From: Planctomycetota bacterium
Lineage (GTDB): Bacteria > Planctomycetota > B15-G4 > SIAN01
Direction: 5' to 3'
Assembly (NCBI GenBank): GCA_031409275.1
Contig: JANNXA010000046.1
Coordinates: forward strand, 1 to 37,570
DNA length: 37,570 bases
The notes under the pieces were generated by a model. That model saw nothing but the letters and a program-made list of their open reading frames with translations, did not search any database and had not been told where the DNA came from. Numbering within the stretch: position 1 is the stretch's first letter; each line of letters begins with the position of its first letter. The translations under genes were made by a program, and so were the position numbers. Positions 17,888 through 26,990 of the stretch are shown here, piece by piece.

Positions 17888-20800
17888 ATGAATCCTCTCG
17901 ATACGACCCTGCCCTGGGACGAGTTGCTGCAGCATGGCCGCTTCGTGCGCGCGCTGGCGCGGACGCTGGTGCGTGATGCAGCGCAGGCCGATGACGTCGC
18001 GCAAGCGAGCTGGCTCGCCGCGGCGCGCCATCCGCCGAGCGGCGTCGCGTCGTTGCGCTGCTGGCTCGCGCAGGTGGTGCGCAACGTCGCGCGCCAGGAG
18101 CAGCGCGGCGAGCGTCGCCGCAGCGCGCGCGAGGCGGTGACGGCGCAAGACGAGTCGAGCGTGGCGTCGGCCGACGCAGCGGCAGCGCAGCTCGAGACGC
18201 AAGCGCTCCTGCTGGCCGCCGTGCAGGCGCTCGATCCGAAGTACCGCGCCGTGGTGACGCTGCGCTTCTACGAGGAGCTGCCGCCACGGGCGATCGCGGC
18301 GCGTCTCGCGCTGCCGGTCGCGACGGTGAACACGCAGCTGCAGCGCGCGCTCGAGCAGTTGCGCGTCGCGCTCGACGCGAAGAGCGACGGGGCGCGCGAG
18401 CGGTGGATGAGGGCGCTGGCGCCGGTTGCGCTGGAAGCGACGGTGAGCGTGCCGGGCTTGCTGTTGGCGGTCGCGGCCGTCGTGCTGCTGCTGGTCAGTG
18501 GCGTTTGGTGGCGGTTGACCGTGACGTCGGGCGACGCAGCCAGCGTCGCCGTGGTTGCCACGAACGGCGAGGACGCCGCGGTGGACGAGTCGCTCCTGGC
18601 GGCGCTGCCGGGCGTGATCGCTTCGGTGAGCGGCACGTCGGTGCCACTCGCGAGCGAGGCGCGCGTGGTGACCGGCCGCGTCGTCGATGCCGCGGGTCGG
18701 CCGATCGAGGGGGCGACCGTCGAACTCGGCGACGGTTTCACTTCGGACGACCTCGCCGGGACGCCGCGTACGGCCACAACCGGCGCCGACGGCGGCTACT
18801 CGTTCGACGCCGTCGCACGCGGCCGGCATCACCTGCTGGTTCGCAAGGCCAGCTTCACTGTCGCGCGCCGCTTCATTCGGATCGACCCGCAAACGGCGAG
18901 CGATCGCGGCGCGACGGTGGTGCTCTTCGCCGCGCGCCGGGTGGCCGGCCGTGTCGTCGACGCATCGGGCGAGCCGATCGCCGACGCGCGGCTAGTGGCG
19001 TTCGACGAGACGCTCCTCGATCGCTTCGAGTGGCCCGAGACCGCGACCGGCTCCGATGGCCGCTTCACGCTCGACGGAGTGCCGACGTGCCGCGTCTGGC
19101 TCGATGTCGTGGCGTTTGGCTGCGCGAAGCAGCGCGTCGGCCCGGTCGTGGCTGGGAGCGCGGCGCTGGCCGAGTTCGGCGACATCGTGCTGGTGGCCGA
19201 GCCGCGGGCGACGCTCGACCTGCGGGCGTTCGACGCGGCCGGCGAGCCGCTCCGCGATGGGCGACTCGGCTTCACCCTTCTGGGTGAGGAAGACACCGAG
19301 TTCTCCTACTTCCGGATGCCCAAGTCCCTCGAGCAGATCACGCTCCCGTCGAATGGTCACCTCGTGACCGATCAGCTTCCGAACGGGAGCTATCAGTTCC
19401 AGGTCTGGAGTCCCACGTCGCGGTTCGATCCGTATCGCTTCGATGCGACGCTCGCGTCGGGTGCGACGACCGTGATCGAGCAGCGCGCCGCATTCACCCA
19501 AGGCGCCGCGCGGGTTCACGGCACGTTGCGCGACTCGATGGGTGCGCCGCTCGCCGACCGCGTCGTCGCGCTGGCGGCCACGTCGTGGAGCGACCCGATC
19601 CGCGTGACGACCTCAGCCGACGGCAGCTTCGAGGCGCCGGCTCCTTGCGCAGCCGGCAGCCGGCTATCGACGTGGATCGAGGACGAGGACGAAGTGCTGG
19701 TGGGTTCGGCGGCGCCCTACGCCGTCGTCGAGGCGACATGCAACCCGAGCGCGCCGCTCGCGCTGACTGCGACCGATGCAGCGGCGCTGCGCGGCGTGAT
19801 CGTCCATGACGACGGCACGCCGGTCCTCGGCGCGCGCCTCGAGGCGGCGCCAGTGGGTGCCACCGGCGACGACGACATGCCGCAAACGACGACCGATCTC
19901 GACGGCGCCTTCGAGTTTCGCGGCCTCGCACCGAGCGAGCGAGCGGTGTGCCTGCGCGTCGCTTGTGGCGAGCTGGCCAAGTTCGTGACGCTTCCGGACG
20001 AGCACGAGTTGGTGGCGGGAGCGACGGTCGCAGGGTTGCGCATCGTCCTCCCGCGCCTGGCATCGATTGCAGGGCGCGTGGTCGATCCAGACGGCGCGCC
20101 GATCACAGGAGCGATCGTCGCGTGTCATGACGGGAGCAATCCGCTGCAAACGGTCAGCGCGGCGGATGGCTCGTTCCGCTTCGCGCGCGTTGCGCCGGGG
20201 AGCTTCGACGTCGATCTCGAGGGATCGCGGCCGAGATTCTCGGTCAGCTTCGGCACGGTGCCGACGAGGCAAGAGCCGACTCAGGTGACGTTGCTCGCCG
20301 GTGAGGCGCGCGAGGGTCTCGAACTGGTGGAGGGCGATGCGCCCGATGCGCGGCTGGTGCATGGCACGATCGAGCTGCCGCCGGGAATTCAGCCAAAGGA
20401 CGGCGAGCTCGGAGTCGCGCTGCGCTCCGCGACGGCGAACGCGACGACGTTCGGTGGACTCACAGAGTTCCGGTTCGAGGGAATCGCCGCCGCCGAAGCT
20501 CGCCTCGTCGCGCTGTTCGTCGCCAAGGATCCTGCGGACGGCCCCGCGGCGTGGACCGTCGTCTTCGGTCCCGAAGTCGTCGTCGTGCCGGGCGGGGCGG
20601 CGCTGCGCGTTCCGCTGCCGGCGCCGGCCGATTCGACGGTGCAGATCCACTTCGTCGACGCGCAGAACGCGCCGTCGCGGCGTCCGATCGATGTGACCGT
20701 CGAGCTCGACCCGCCGCCGGGCGGAGACGCCGCGGGCGACTGGAATGGCAACAGCGTGACGTTGAACGGCGTGCTCGACGAACTCTCGATCCGCGGCCTC

Positions 20801-21508
20801 GCGCCCGGCCGCTACCGGTTGCGCCTGCCGCCGACGGTGATCCGCGACTTCACCGTCACCGGCAGCGGCACGCTCGACCTCGGCGGCTTCGAGCTGCCAT
20901 CGCCGCCCCGCCTCGAAGGGATCGTGACCGATGCGTCGGGTGCGCCGTTCGCTGGCGCGAAGATCGGCGTCGCGCGAAGCGATCACTTCGACGTCTTCGA
21001 GAAGCGGGTCGGCGATCCGTTCGATCCGTCGTTGCCGATCGTCACGCTCGGCGACGAAGGCACGTTCTCGATCGAGTCCGACCCGCATCGCAACCTCATC
21101 GTGTGCGCCGACGGCTACGCACCACGCTGGTTGCGGAATGACCCCCGGCAACTGCGCGAAGAGCCGATCGTCCTGCTGCCGGCCGGCCACTTCGAGCTGA
21201 CCGGCTTCCCGCGTGAGATCGCCGACTCCGGTGAGTGGCGCTTCGCGCTCGTCTCGCTCGAGTCGGAGGAGGCGCGCTGCGGCTACGCCCGGCAGTTCGG
21301 CCCGCTGAGCGGGGGGCTGAGGCGGACGCTTGGCTGCTACGCGATTCCTGCCGGCCTCTACGCCGCCTGCTTCTGGAAGGGGCCCGCTGGCCGCCGGAGC
21401 TCGAACGAACCGCTTCCGGAGCAGACCGTTCCCCACGAGGCGTACCGCTGGACAGTGACGGTGAGGCCGGGCGAGACGACCACCATCGACCTGTCGCGCG
21501 AATGGTGA
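17888..21508 (+). CDS. ECF sigma-70 factor fused to a TM helix and carboxypeptidase-regulatory-like repeats, copy 2 (~1206 aa)
   Basis: GGAG before ATG 17888 (alternative 17873); ADDVAQASWLAA; KYRAVVTLRFYEELPPRAIAARLALPVATVNTQLQRALEQLR; TM GLLLAVAAVVLLLVSGVWW. Colinear with copy 1 through the C-terminal GETTTI. Confidence 0.88.
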   Translation: MNPLDTTLPWDELLQHGRFVRALARTLVRDAAQADDVAQASWLAAARHPPSGVASLRCWLAQVVRNVARQEQRGERRRSAREAVTAQDESSVASADAAAAQLETQALLLAAVQALDPKYRAVVTLRFYEELPPRAIAARLALPVATVNTQLQRALEQLRVALDAKSDGARERWMRALAPVALEATVSVPGLLLAVAAVVLLLVSGVWWRLTVTSGDAASVAVVATNGEDAAVDESLLAALPGVIASVSGTSVPLASEARVVTGRVVDAAGRPIEGATVELGDGFTSDDLAGTPRTATTGADGGYSFDAVARGRHHLLVRKASFTVARRFIRIDPQTASDRGATVVLFAARRVAGRVVDASGEPIADARLVAFDETLLDRFEWPETATGSDGRFTLDGVPTCRVWLDVVAFGCAKQRVGPVVAGSAALAEFGDIVLVAEPRATLDLRAFDAAGEPLRDGRLGFTLLGEEDTEFSYFRMPKSLEQITLPSNGHLVTDQLPNGSYQFQVWSPTSRFDPYRFDATLASGATTVIEQRAAFTQGAARVHGTLRDSMGAPLADRVVALAATSWSDPIRVTTSADGSFEAPAPCAAGSRLSTWIEDEDEVLVGSAAPYAVVEATCNPSAPLALTATDAAALRGVIVHDDGTPVLGARLEAAPVGATGDDDMPQTTTDLDGAFEFRGLAPSERAVCLRVACGELAKFVTLPDEHELVAGATVAGLRIVLPRLASIAGRVVDPDGAPITGAIVACHDGSNPLQTVSAADGSFRFARVAPGSFDVDLEGSRPRFSVSFGTVPTRQEPTQVTLLAGEAREGLELVEGDAPDARLVHGTIELPPGIQPKDGELGVALRSATANATTFGGLTEFRFEGIAAAEARLVALFVAKDPADGPAAWTVVFGPEVVVVPGGAALRVPLPAPADSTVQIHFVDAQNAPSRRPIDVTVELDPPPGGDAAGDWNGNSVTLNGVLDELSIRGLAPGRYRLRLPPTVIRDFTVTGSGTLDLGGFELPSPPRLEGIVTDASGAPFAGAKIGVARSDHFDVFEKRVGDPFDPSLPIVTLGDEGTFSIESDPHRNLIVCADGYAPRWLRNDPRQLREEPIVLLPAGHFELTGFPREIADSGEWRFALVSLESEEARCGYARQFGPLSGGLRRTLGCYAIPAGLYAACFWKGPAGRRSSNEPLPEQTVPHEAYRWTVTVRPGETTTIDLSREW

Positions 21509-21621
21509 GCCGGCTGACGCGCGAGCGGCGAGCCGACACTCATGTCACGATCGGGCGCGTCGCGGGAAGTCTGCCGCTGCGGCGCGCCTGATCCGCCGCT
21601 CTTCGCTCTGCCGCTCTTCGC

Positions 21622-23121
21622 TCAGCCGCTCCAGCGCTGCCCGCGGCGGCGCGCATAGGCGTCGCGATAGAGCTGCTCGTAGTCGCCGGCGAAGCGGTCC
21701 CAGCTCCAGTCGAGGCTCATCGCCTCGCGCCGCATCGCGTCGATGTGATGGCGCCGCTGCTTCCAGGTGGCGAGCGCCCAATGGACCGTGTCGTAGAGGC
21801 TGCTCGGCGTGAGCTCGTTCAGAGTGAAGCCGGTGCCGCTGCCGGCGTTCTCGTCGTAGTTGCGCACGGTGTCGGCGAGGCCGCCGGTGGCGCGCACGAT
21901 CGGCAGCGTGCCGTAGCGCTGGCTGTACATCTGGTTCAAGCCGCACGGCTCGAAGCGCGACGGCATCAGGAAGAAGTCGGCGCCCGCTTCGATGCGGTGG
22001 GCGAGCTTGCCGTCGAATCCTGCGAAGAGCCGCAGCTTCTGCGGGTAGCGCGCCGCGAGCTCCGCGAGCCACTGCTCCATCTTCGGATCGCCGGTGCCGA
22101 GCATCACGAACTGCGCCTCTTCGTGGATCAGCCCCATCAGCGCGTGGGCGACGACGTCGATCCCCTTCTGCCAGGCGAAGCGTCCGACCCACGCAATCAG
22201 CGGCGTCGTCGCGCGCACCGGCAGGCCCGCCTCGCGCTGCAGCGCCATCTTGCAGGCGGTCTTGCCATCGAGGTCGTCGCGCGAGTAGGGCGCGCTGATC
22301 AGCGGATCGCGCGCCGGATCCCACTCGTCCTCGTCGATGCCGTTCAGGATCCCGTGCAGGTCGCTGCCGCGTTCGCGCAAGACGCCGTCGAGGCCGCAGC
22401 CGTGGGCGCTGCTCTGGATCTCGCGCGCGTAGGTCGGGCTCACGGTCGAGAGGAAGGTGGCGTGGTAGAGGCCACCCTTCATCAGGTTCAGCGCGCCGAA
22501 GTGCTCGAGCCCCTTTCCGTGCAGGTGCTCGGCGCCGAGTCCGGCGCGCCACAGCTCACGCGGGTCGAACTCGCCCTGGAACGCGAGGTTGTGGATGGTC
22601 AGCAGCGAGGCGGCGCCGTGCAGCGGCCGACCCCACTCGACGGTGTTGAGGTAGACCGGCACCAGCGCCGCCTGCCAGTCGTGGGCGTGGACGACGTCGG
22701 GCGTCCAGTTCAGCGCGGTGCACAACGACAGCGCGCCGCGCGAGAGGAAGGCGAACCGTTCGAGGTTGTCGCCATACGCTTCGGTCGGGCTGCCGTAGAG
22801 GTGCGGTCGATCGAAGTAGCGGCGATGTTCCAGGAAGTAGACGCGCACGTGTGGTGCGGTGCGATCGTTGGCGCGGCGCGGAAGTTCACCGACGCGCACC
22901 GCGGCGCGTTGCGCTCCGCCGCCCATCGGCACCGTCAGCACGCCGTCGAGCCGCTGCTGCTCGTCCCAGCGCAGCGTCGACAGTCCGCCGTAAAGGGGCA
23001 TCACGATGCGGACGTCGTGGCCGCGCCGCGCCAGCCACTTCGGCAGCGCGCCGACCACGTCGCCGAGCCCGCCGGTCTTGGCGAACGGCGCGCACTCGGA
23101 AGCGACGAAGAGGATCTTCAT
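21622..23121 (-). CDS. glgA: glycogen synthase, GT5 (499 aa)
   Basis: MKILFVASECAPFAKTGGLGDV (KTGG loop), HAHDWQAAL, GILNGID, QKGID, MPSRFEPCGLNQMYSQRYGTLPIVRATGGLADTV. Confidence 0.95.
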   Translation of the reverse strand: MKILFVASECAPFAKTGGLGDVVGALPKWLARRGHDVRIVMPLYGGLSTLRWDEQQRLDGVLTVPMGGGAQRAAVRVGELPRRANDRTAPHVRVYFLEHRRYFDRPHLYGSPTEAYGDNLERFAFLSRGALSLCTALNWTPDVVHAHDWQAALVPVYLNTVEWGRPLHGAASLLTIHNLAFQGEFDPRELWRAGLGAEHLHGKGLEHFGALNLMKGGLYHATFLSTVSPTYAREIQSSAHGCGLDGVLRERGSDLHGILNGIDEDEWDPARDPLISAPYSRDDLDGKTACKMALQREAGLPVRATTPLIAWVGRFAWQKGIDVVAHALMGLIHEEAQFVMLGTGDPKMEQWLAELAARYPQKLRLFAGFDGKLAHRIEAGADFFLMPSRFEPCGLNQMYSQRYGTLPIVRATGGLADTVRNYDENAGSGTGFTLNELTPSSLYDTVHWALATWKQRRHHIDAMRREAMSLDWSWDRFAGDYEQLYRDAYARRRGQRWSG

Positions 23122-23208
23122 GGGTCGTGGCACGGCCGCGCATCGTCTCCGGCGGCGCGACAAGATCAAGCCGCGCTTCGAGCGTTCGGCAGGAACTCGC
23201 CGGCCGCC

Positions 23209-24801
23209 TCACGCCCAGACGCGGTAGTCGAGCTTGGCGAAGAGGTTGTCCTTCGCTTCGAGCGCCGCGAGGTAGGGCGCGTCGATGCGGCCGGCCAGCA
23301 GGTCGTCGTGCAGGCGCGTGAAGCGGACGATCGCCTCGTGGGTCCGGCGCGTCGCGTAGGAGACCATGGTGCCGGTCTTCATGATGAAGGCCCAGTCGCT
23401 CGACTGCGCGAGGAGCAGCTCGCGGCCGGCCTGATCGAGCGCGCGCCGTTCGAGCTCGCTCGGCGCGGTGAAGCGACGCGCCAGCGCGACCATGCGATCG
23501 GCGGCTTCGTGCAGGTGGGGGTAGACCCACGCGTTGGTCTCGTTCAGCCAGTACTCGGCGAAGCCGCGTTGCCCCCAGCTGCTGGCGCTCGGCGTGGCGA
23601 CCTGATTCGTGGCGTGGCGATCGAGGTAGACCGCCGGCGTCATCGACTCGAGGCCGTGGCCGGGCTGCTGATCGAAGTGGAGCTGGCGGAACAGGTCGTC
23701 GAGGAACTGCACGCCTTCGTACCACCAGTGGCCGAAGAGCTCGGCGTCGAACGGCGCGACGATCAGCGGCGGGCGGTCCATGTGGGGCGCGAGCGCCTCG
23801 CACTGGCGACGTCTTCCTTCGCGGAAGTGGCTGGCGTGGAGGCCGGCCTTGCCGCGCGCGATCTCCGGATCGTAGACCCACTTGTCGTGCAGCTGGTCGT
23901 GCGTGATCGCGTGGTACTTGAAGCCGGTGTAGAGGCGATGCCCCTCCGGATGGATCCACGGCCGCAGGTAGTCGACGGGCAGGTCGAATCCGATGTCGCG
24001 ATAGAAGTCGCGGTAGTGCTTGTCGCCGGGATAGCCCTCCTTCGCGCTCCATACCTGACGCGAGGACTCGGCATCGCGCGCGAACGCGGCGACCCCGCTC
24101 TCGCAGTAGAGCGGCGCGTGCGCGCCGTACTGCGCCGGCCGCGAAGCGTTCTCGAGCGCGTGGGTGTCGACGAAGAAGTAGCGCACCGCCGCCGCGCGCA
24201 GCAGCTCGTCGCAGCCCGGCACGTAACCGCACTCGCCGAGCCACATCCCCGGCGTGCGCCGCCCGAAGCACTCCTCGTAGAGGTCGGCGGCGAGCTCGAC
24301 CTGCGCCCGCATCGCGTTCCAGTTCTTGTCCATCAGCGGGAAGAAACCGTGGGTCGCGTTCGACGTGATCAGCTCGAGCCCGGTCCCCGCATCCTGCAAC
24401 CGACGAAACGCGCGAACGAGGTCGCCGTCGTGCGCTCGCCACGTGTCGCGCAGCGCGGTGTAGCGCGCCCGGTAGTACTCGGCGAGCTTGCCGTACCACG
24501 GTTCGGCGACGGTGCGCACGCGCTCGCTTTCGCCGAGCGCGATCAGCGAATCGAGATGCTCGGCGATGCGCTCCTTCAGCAGGTCGTCGCGCAACATGCA
24601 GATCAGCGGCGCCGACAAGGAGAGCGTGCAGCGGAACGGCACGCGGTCGTGCGCGAGTCCCTCGAACATCCGCAACAGCGGCAGGTAGGTGTCCGCGACC
24701 GCCTCGTAGAGCCAGCGCTCCTCCATGACCGTCTTGTCCTCCGGATGGCGGAGGAAGGGGAGGTGGGCGTGCAGGACGATCGAGAGGTAGCCGGTCGGCA
24801 T
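23209..24801 (-). CDS. GH57 1,4-alpha-glucan branching enzyme with DUF1957 C-terminal domain (530 aa)
   Basis: IVLHAHLPF, EERWLYEA, ATHGFFP, GMWLGECGY (nucleophile Glu), PFDAELFGHWWYEG (acid/base Asp), RELLLAQSSDWAFIM. TACGAT hexamer upstream at 24834-24839. Confidence 0.93.
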   Translation of the reverse strand: MPTGYLSIVLHAHLPFLRHPEDKTVMEERWLYEAVADTYLPLLRMFEGLAHDRVPFRCTLSLSAPLICMLRDDLLKERIAEHLDSLIALGESERVRTVAEPWYGKLAEYYRARYTALRDTWRAHDGDLVRAFRRLQDAGTGLELITSNATHGFFPLMDKNWNAMRAQVELAADLYEECFGRRTPGMWLGECGYVPGCDELLRAAAVRYFFVDTHALENASRPAQYGAHAPLYCESGVAAFARDAESSRQVWSAKEGYPGDKHYRDFYRDIGFDLPVDYLRPWIHPEGHRLYTGFKYHAITHDQLHDKWVYDPEIARGKAGLHASHFREGRRRQCEALAPHMDRPPLIVAPFDAELFGHWWYEGVQFLDDLFRQLHFDQQPGHGLESMTPAVYLDRHATNQVATPSASSWGQRGFAEYWLNETNAWVYPHLHEAADRMVALARRFTAPSELERRALDQAGRELLLAQSSDWAFIMKTGTMVSYATRRTHEAIVRFTRLHDDLLAGRIDAPYLAALEAKDNLFAKLDYRVWA

Positions 24802-24938
24802 CGAGATCTCGTCGGGGACGGCGAGGCGGCGCGATCGTAGCGCCGTCCGCTGCGGCCGCCGCGCCCAAGCGGTGCGATCGACGCCTTGCGCTCGTCGGCG
24901 AAACGGCGATCCTCCGGCGATCTTCCACGGAGCTGTAC

Positions 24939-26990
24939 ATGCAACGCCTCGCCCTGCTAGCCGCCGTCCTTGGATTCGGCGCCGGCGCTCATGCGCAGAC
25001 CATCCAGGCGGAGGGTGAACCCACCCTCGGTCGCGTCGGCTGGTGGCGCGCCGATCGCGGCGTCGTTCGCGGCACAAGCAACCTGGTCAGCCGCTGGGGT
25101 GACGCCAGCGGCAACGGCTTCACGCTCACCGGCAGCGGCAACGGCGAGTCGCAGCCCGAATGGTTGCCGGTCGCCATCGGCGGCCAGCCCGCGCTGCAGT
25201 TCGACGGCAACGATTGGCTGCAAGGCGTCGGCATGCCGACCGGCGGCTACACGAAGGCGGTGGTCTGCCAGCTCGACGACCTTTCCTTCACCAACAACGT
25301 GGTGTCGAGCGCTTCCCACCACGCGCTGTGGTTCGCCGGCACGCCCTACGCGCGGATCTTCCATTCGGGCGACGTGGTGCAGTCGTCGGTGGCCGTGACG
25401 GCGGGCGTCCCGATCCTCGTCGTCGCCACCTACGAGCCGATCGGCGGCCGGGCGACGCTCTACGTCGACGGGCAGCTCGTCGGTCGCGCGAACCGCGTGG
25501 CCGCGAACTGGGACAGCACGCTGCAGCTCGGCAGCTTCGCGTGGGGCAACTTCCTGAAGGGCAAGATCGGCGAGGTCGCGCTGTTCGACCACGAACTCGA
25601 TGCGCCCGAGCTCTTCGCGCTGCACTCCGACCTGCGCCGCCGCTGGTTCTCGCCCGCGCCCGCGGTGGCCTTCCTCGAGCTGCCGCGACCGTCACAGCTC
25701 TTCCAGCGCGACGTCAACGACCAGGCCGATGTCGTGGTGAAGGGACGCGTGAACAGCCCCGGTGCGTTGTCGATCACGCTCGACGTCGAGCGCGACGGCG
25801 TCGCCTTCTGGCAGCAGACCAAGACGTTGCGCTACGTGGCGGGCGGCTACGCGAAGTTCGACTTCAGCGTCCCGCTCTACGCCGGTCTGCATGACCACGA
25901 GTTCCGCGCGTGGGTCGACGAGGGGCACGGGCGCCGACTCGTCGCGGATGTTCCGGCGGTGACCGTCGGGGACGTCTACGTCGTCCATGGCCAGAGCAAT
26001 GCGCAGGCCTCCGACTATTGGGGCGAGCAGCTCGCCAACCAGTCGCAAAGCCCGTGGATCCGCTCGTTTGGCACCGCCTCGATCTGGGGTGCCACCGAGT
26101 TCGACTACCACTGGGATGTCGCCGACGGCGAAAGCAGCCTCACCCACGCCTCGGTCGGCCAGTGGGGACTGCGCATGGCCGAGTACCTGCTCCGCCACGA
26201 GCAGATGCCCATCGCGATCATGAACGGCGCGGTCGGCGGAACGTCGGTCTGGAGCCACCAGCGCAACGACGCGTGGCCGCTCGACTCGAGGACGATCTAC
26301 GGCCGGCTGCTGCGCCGCATGCGCGAAGCGGGCGTCGACCAGAGCTGCCGTGCGCTGCTCTGGTACCAGGGCGAGTCGGACGCAGGGAACGCCAGCTCGT
26401 GGCTCACGGGTTGGAACGAGGTGCGCACCGATTGGGCGGTCGACTACCCCGCGTTGCAGCAGGTCTACCTGGTGCAGATCCGCAATGACTGCGGCAGCGG
26501 CGGCGCCGACTTGAAGCAGCTGCAGCGCGACCTGATCGACACCTGGAGCGACACGCAGGTGATGGCCAGCAACGCCGTTCCGGCCCATGACGGCTGCCAC
26601 TACCTCTACGCCGGCTACCGCGACCTCGGCGAGAAGATGGCGCGCCTGCTGCGTCGCGACTTCTTCGGCTCGAGCGATACGGCGCAGATCGACGCCCCGA
26701 ATTTCCTGTCGGCGCAGTGGACCGACGCGACGCACACGAAGATCGACGTGACGTTCCGCGACACGCTCTCGACGATGGTCTGCGAAGTCGGCGCCGAGGT
26801 CGACTTCGTCCTGAGCGATGGCGTCGCCGTGGTGTCCGGCAAGGGCAAAGGCAACGTCGTGACGTTGACGCTCGCTGGCGCCAGCACCGCCAAGAAGCTG
26901 AGCTATCGCGGCCATGCTCTCGACGGGCCGTGGCTGCGCAATGCGCGTGGCGTCGGCGCGCTTTGTTTCGAGAAGCAGCGGATTCAGTGA
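24939..26990 (+). CDS. secreted LamG/ConA-like plus SGNH (SASA, sialate O-acetylesterase/CE6-like) esterase (683 aa)
   Basis: Signal peptide ending AHA; N-terminal WWRAD...VSRWGDASGNG...LQFDGNDWL...LYVDG (LamG-like); GQSNA, GAVGGT, WYQGES and DGCH SGNH blocks all present. Confidence 0.85.
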   Translation: MQRLALLAAVLGFGAGAHAQTIQAEGEPTLGRVGWWRADRGVVRGTSNLVSRWGDASGNGFTLTGSGNGESQPEWLPVAIGGQPALQFDGNDWLQGVGMPTGGYTKAVVCQLDDLSFTNNVVSSASHHALWFAGTPYARIFHSGDVVQSSVAVTAGVPILVVATYEPIGGRATLYVDGQLVGRANRVAANWDSTLQLGSFAWGNFLKGKIGEVALFDHELDAPELFALHSDLRRRWFSPAPAVAFLELPRPSQLFQRDVNDQADVVVKGRVNSPGALSITLDVERDGVAFWQQTKTLRYVAGGYAKFDFSVPLYAGLHDHEFRAWVDEGHGRRLVADVPAVTVGDVYVVHGQSNAQASDYWGEQLANQSQSPWIRSFGTASIWGATEFDYHWDVADGESSLTHASVGQWGLRMAEYLLRHEQMPIAIMNGAVGGTSVWSHQRNDAWPLDSRTIYGRLLRRMREAGVDQSCRALLWYQGESDAGNASSWLTGWNEVRTDWAVDYPALQQVYLVQIRNDCGSGGADLKQLQRDLIDTWSDTQVMASNAVPAHDGCHYLYAGYRDLGEKMARLLRRDFFGSSDTAQIDAPNFLSAQWTDATHTKIDVTFRDTLSTMVCEVGAEVDFVLSDGVAVVSGKGKGNVVTLTLAGASTAKKLSYRGHALDGPWLRNARGVGALCFEKQRIQ

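Noticed and set aside
1289..24840. Very long alternative-frame or antisense ORFs (e.g. 1289-4342+, 5465-7933+, 9069-11315+, 12136-16356-, 21745-24840+)
   Set aside because: They shadow well-supported genes, are Arg/Ala/Pro-rich without motifs, and are expected from stop-codon scarcity at high GC.
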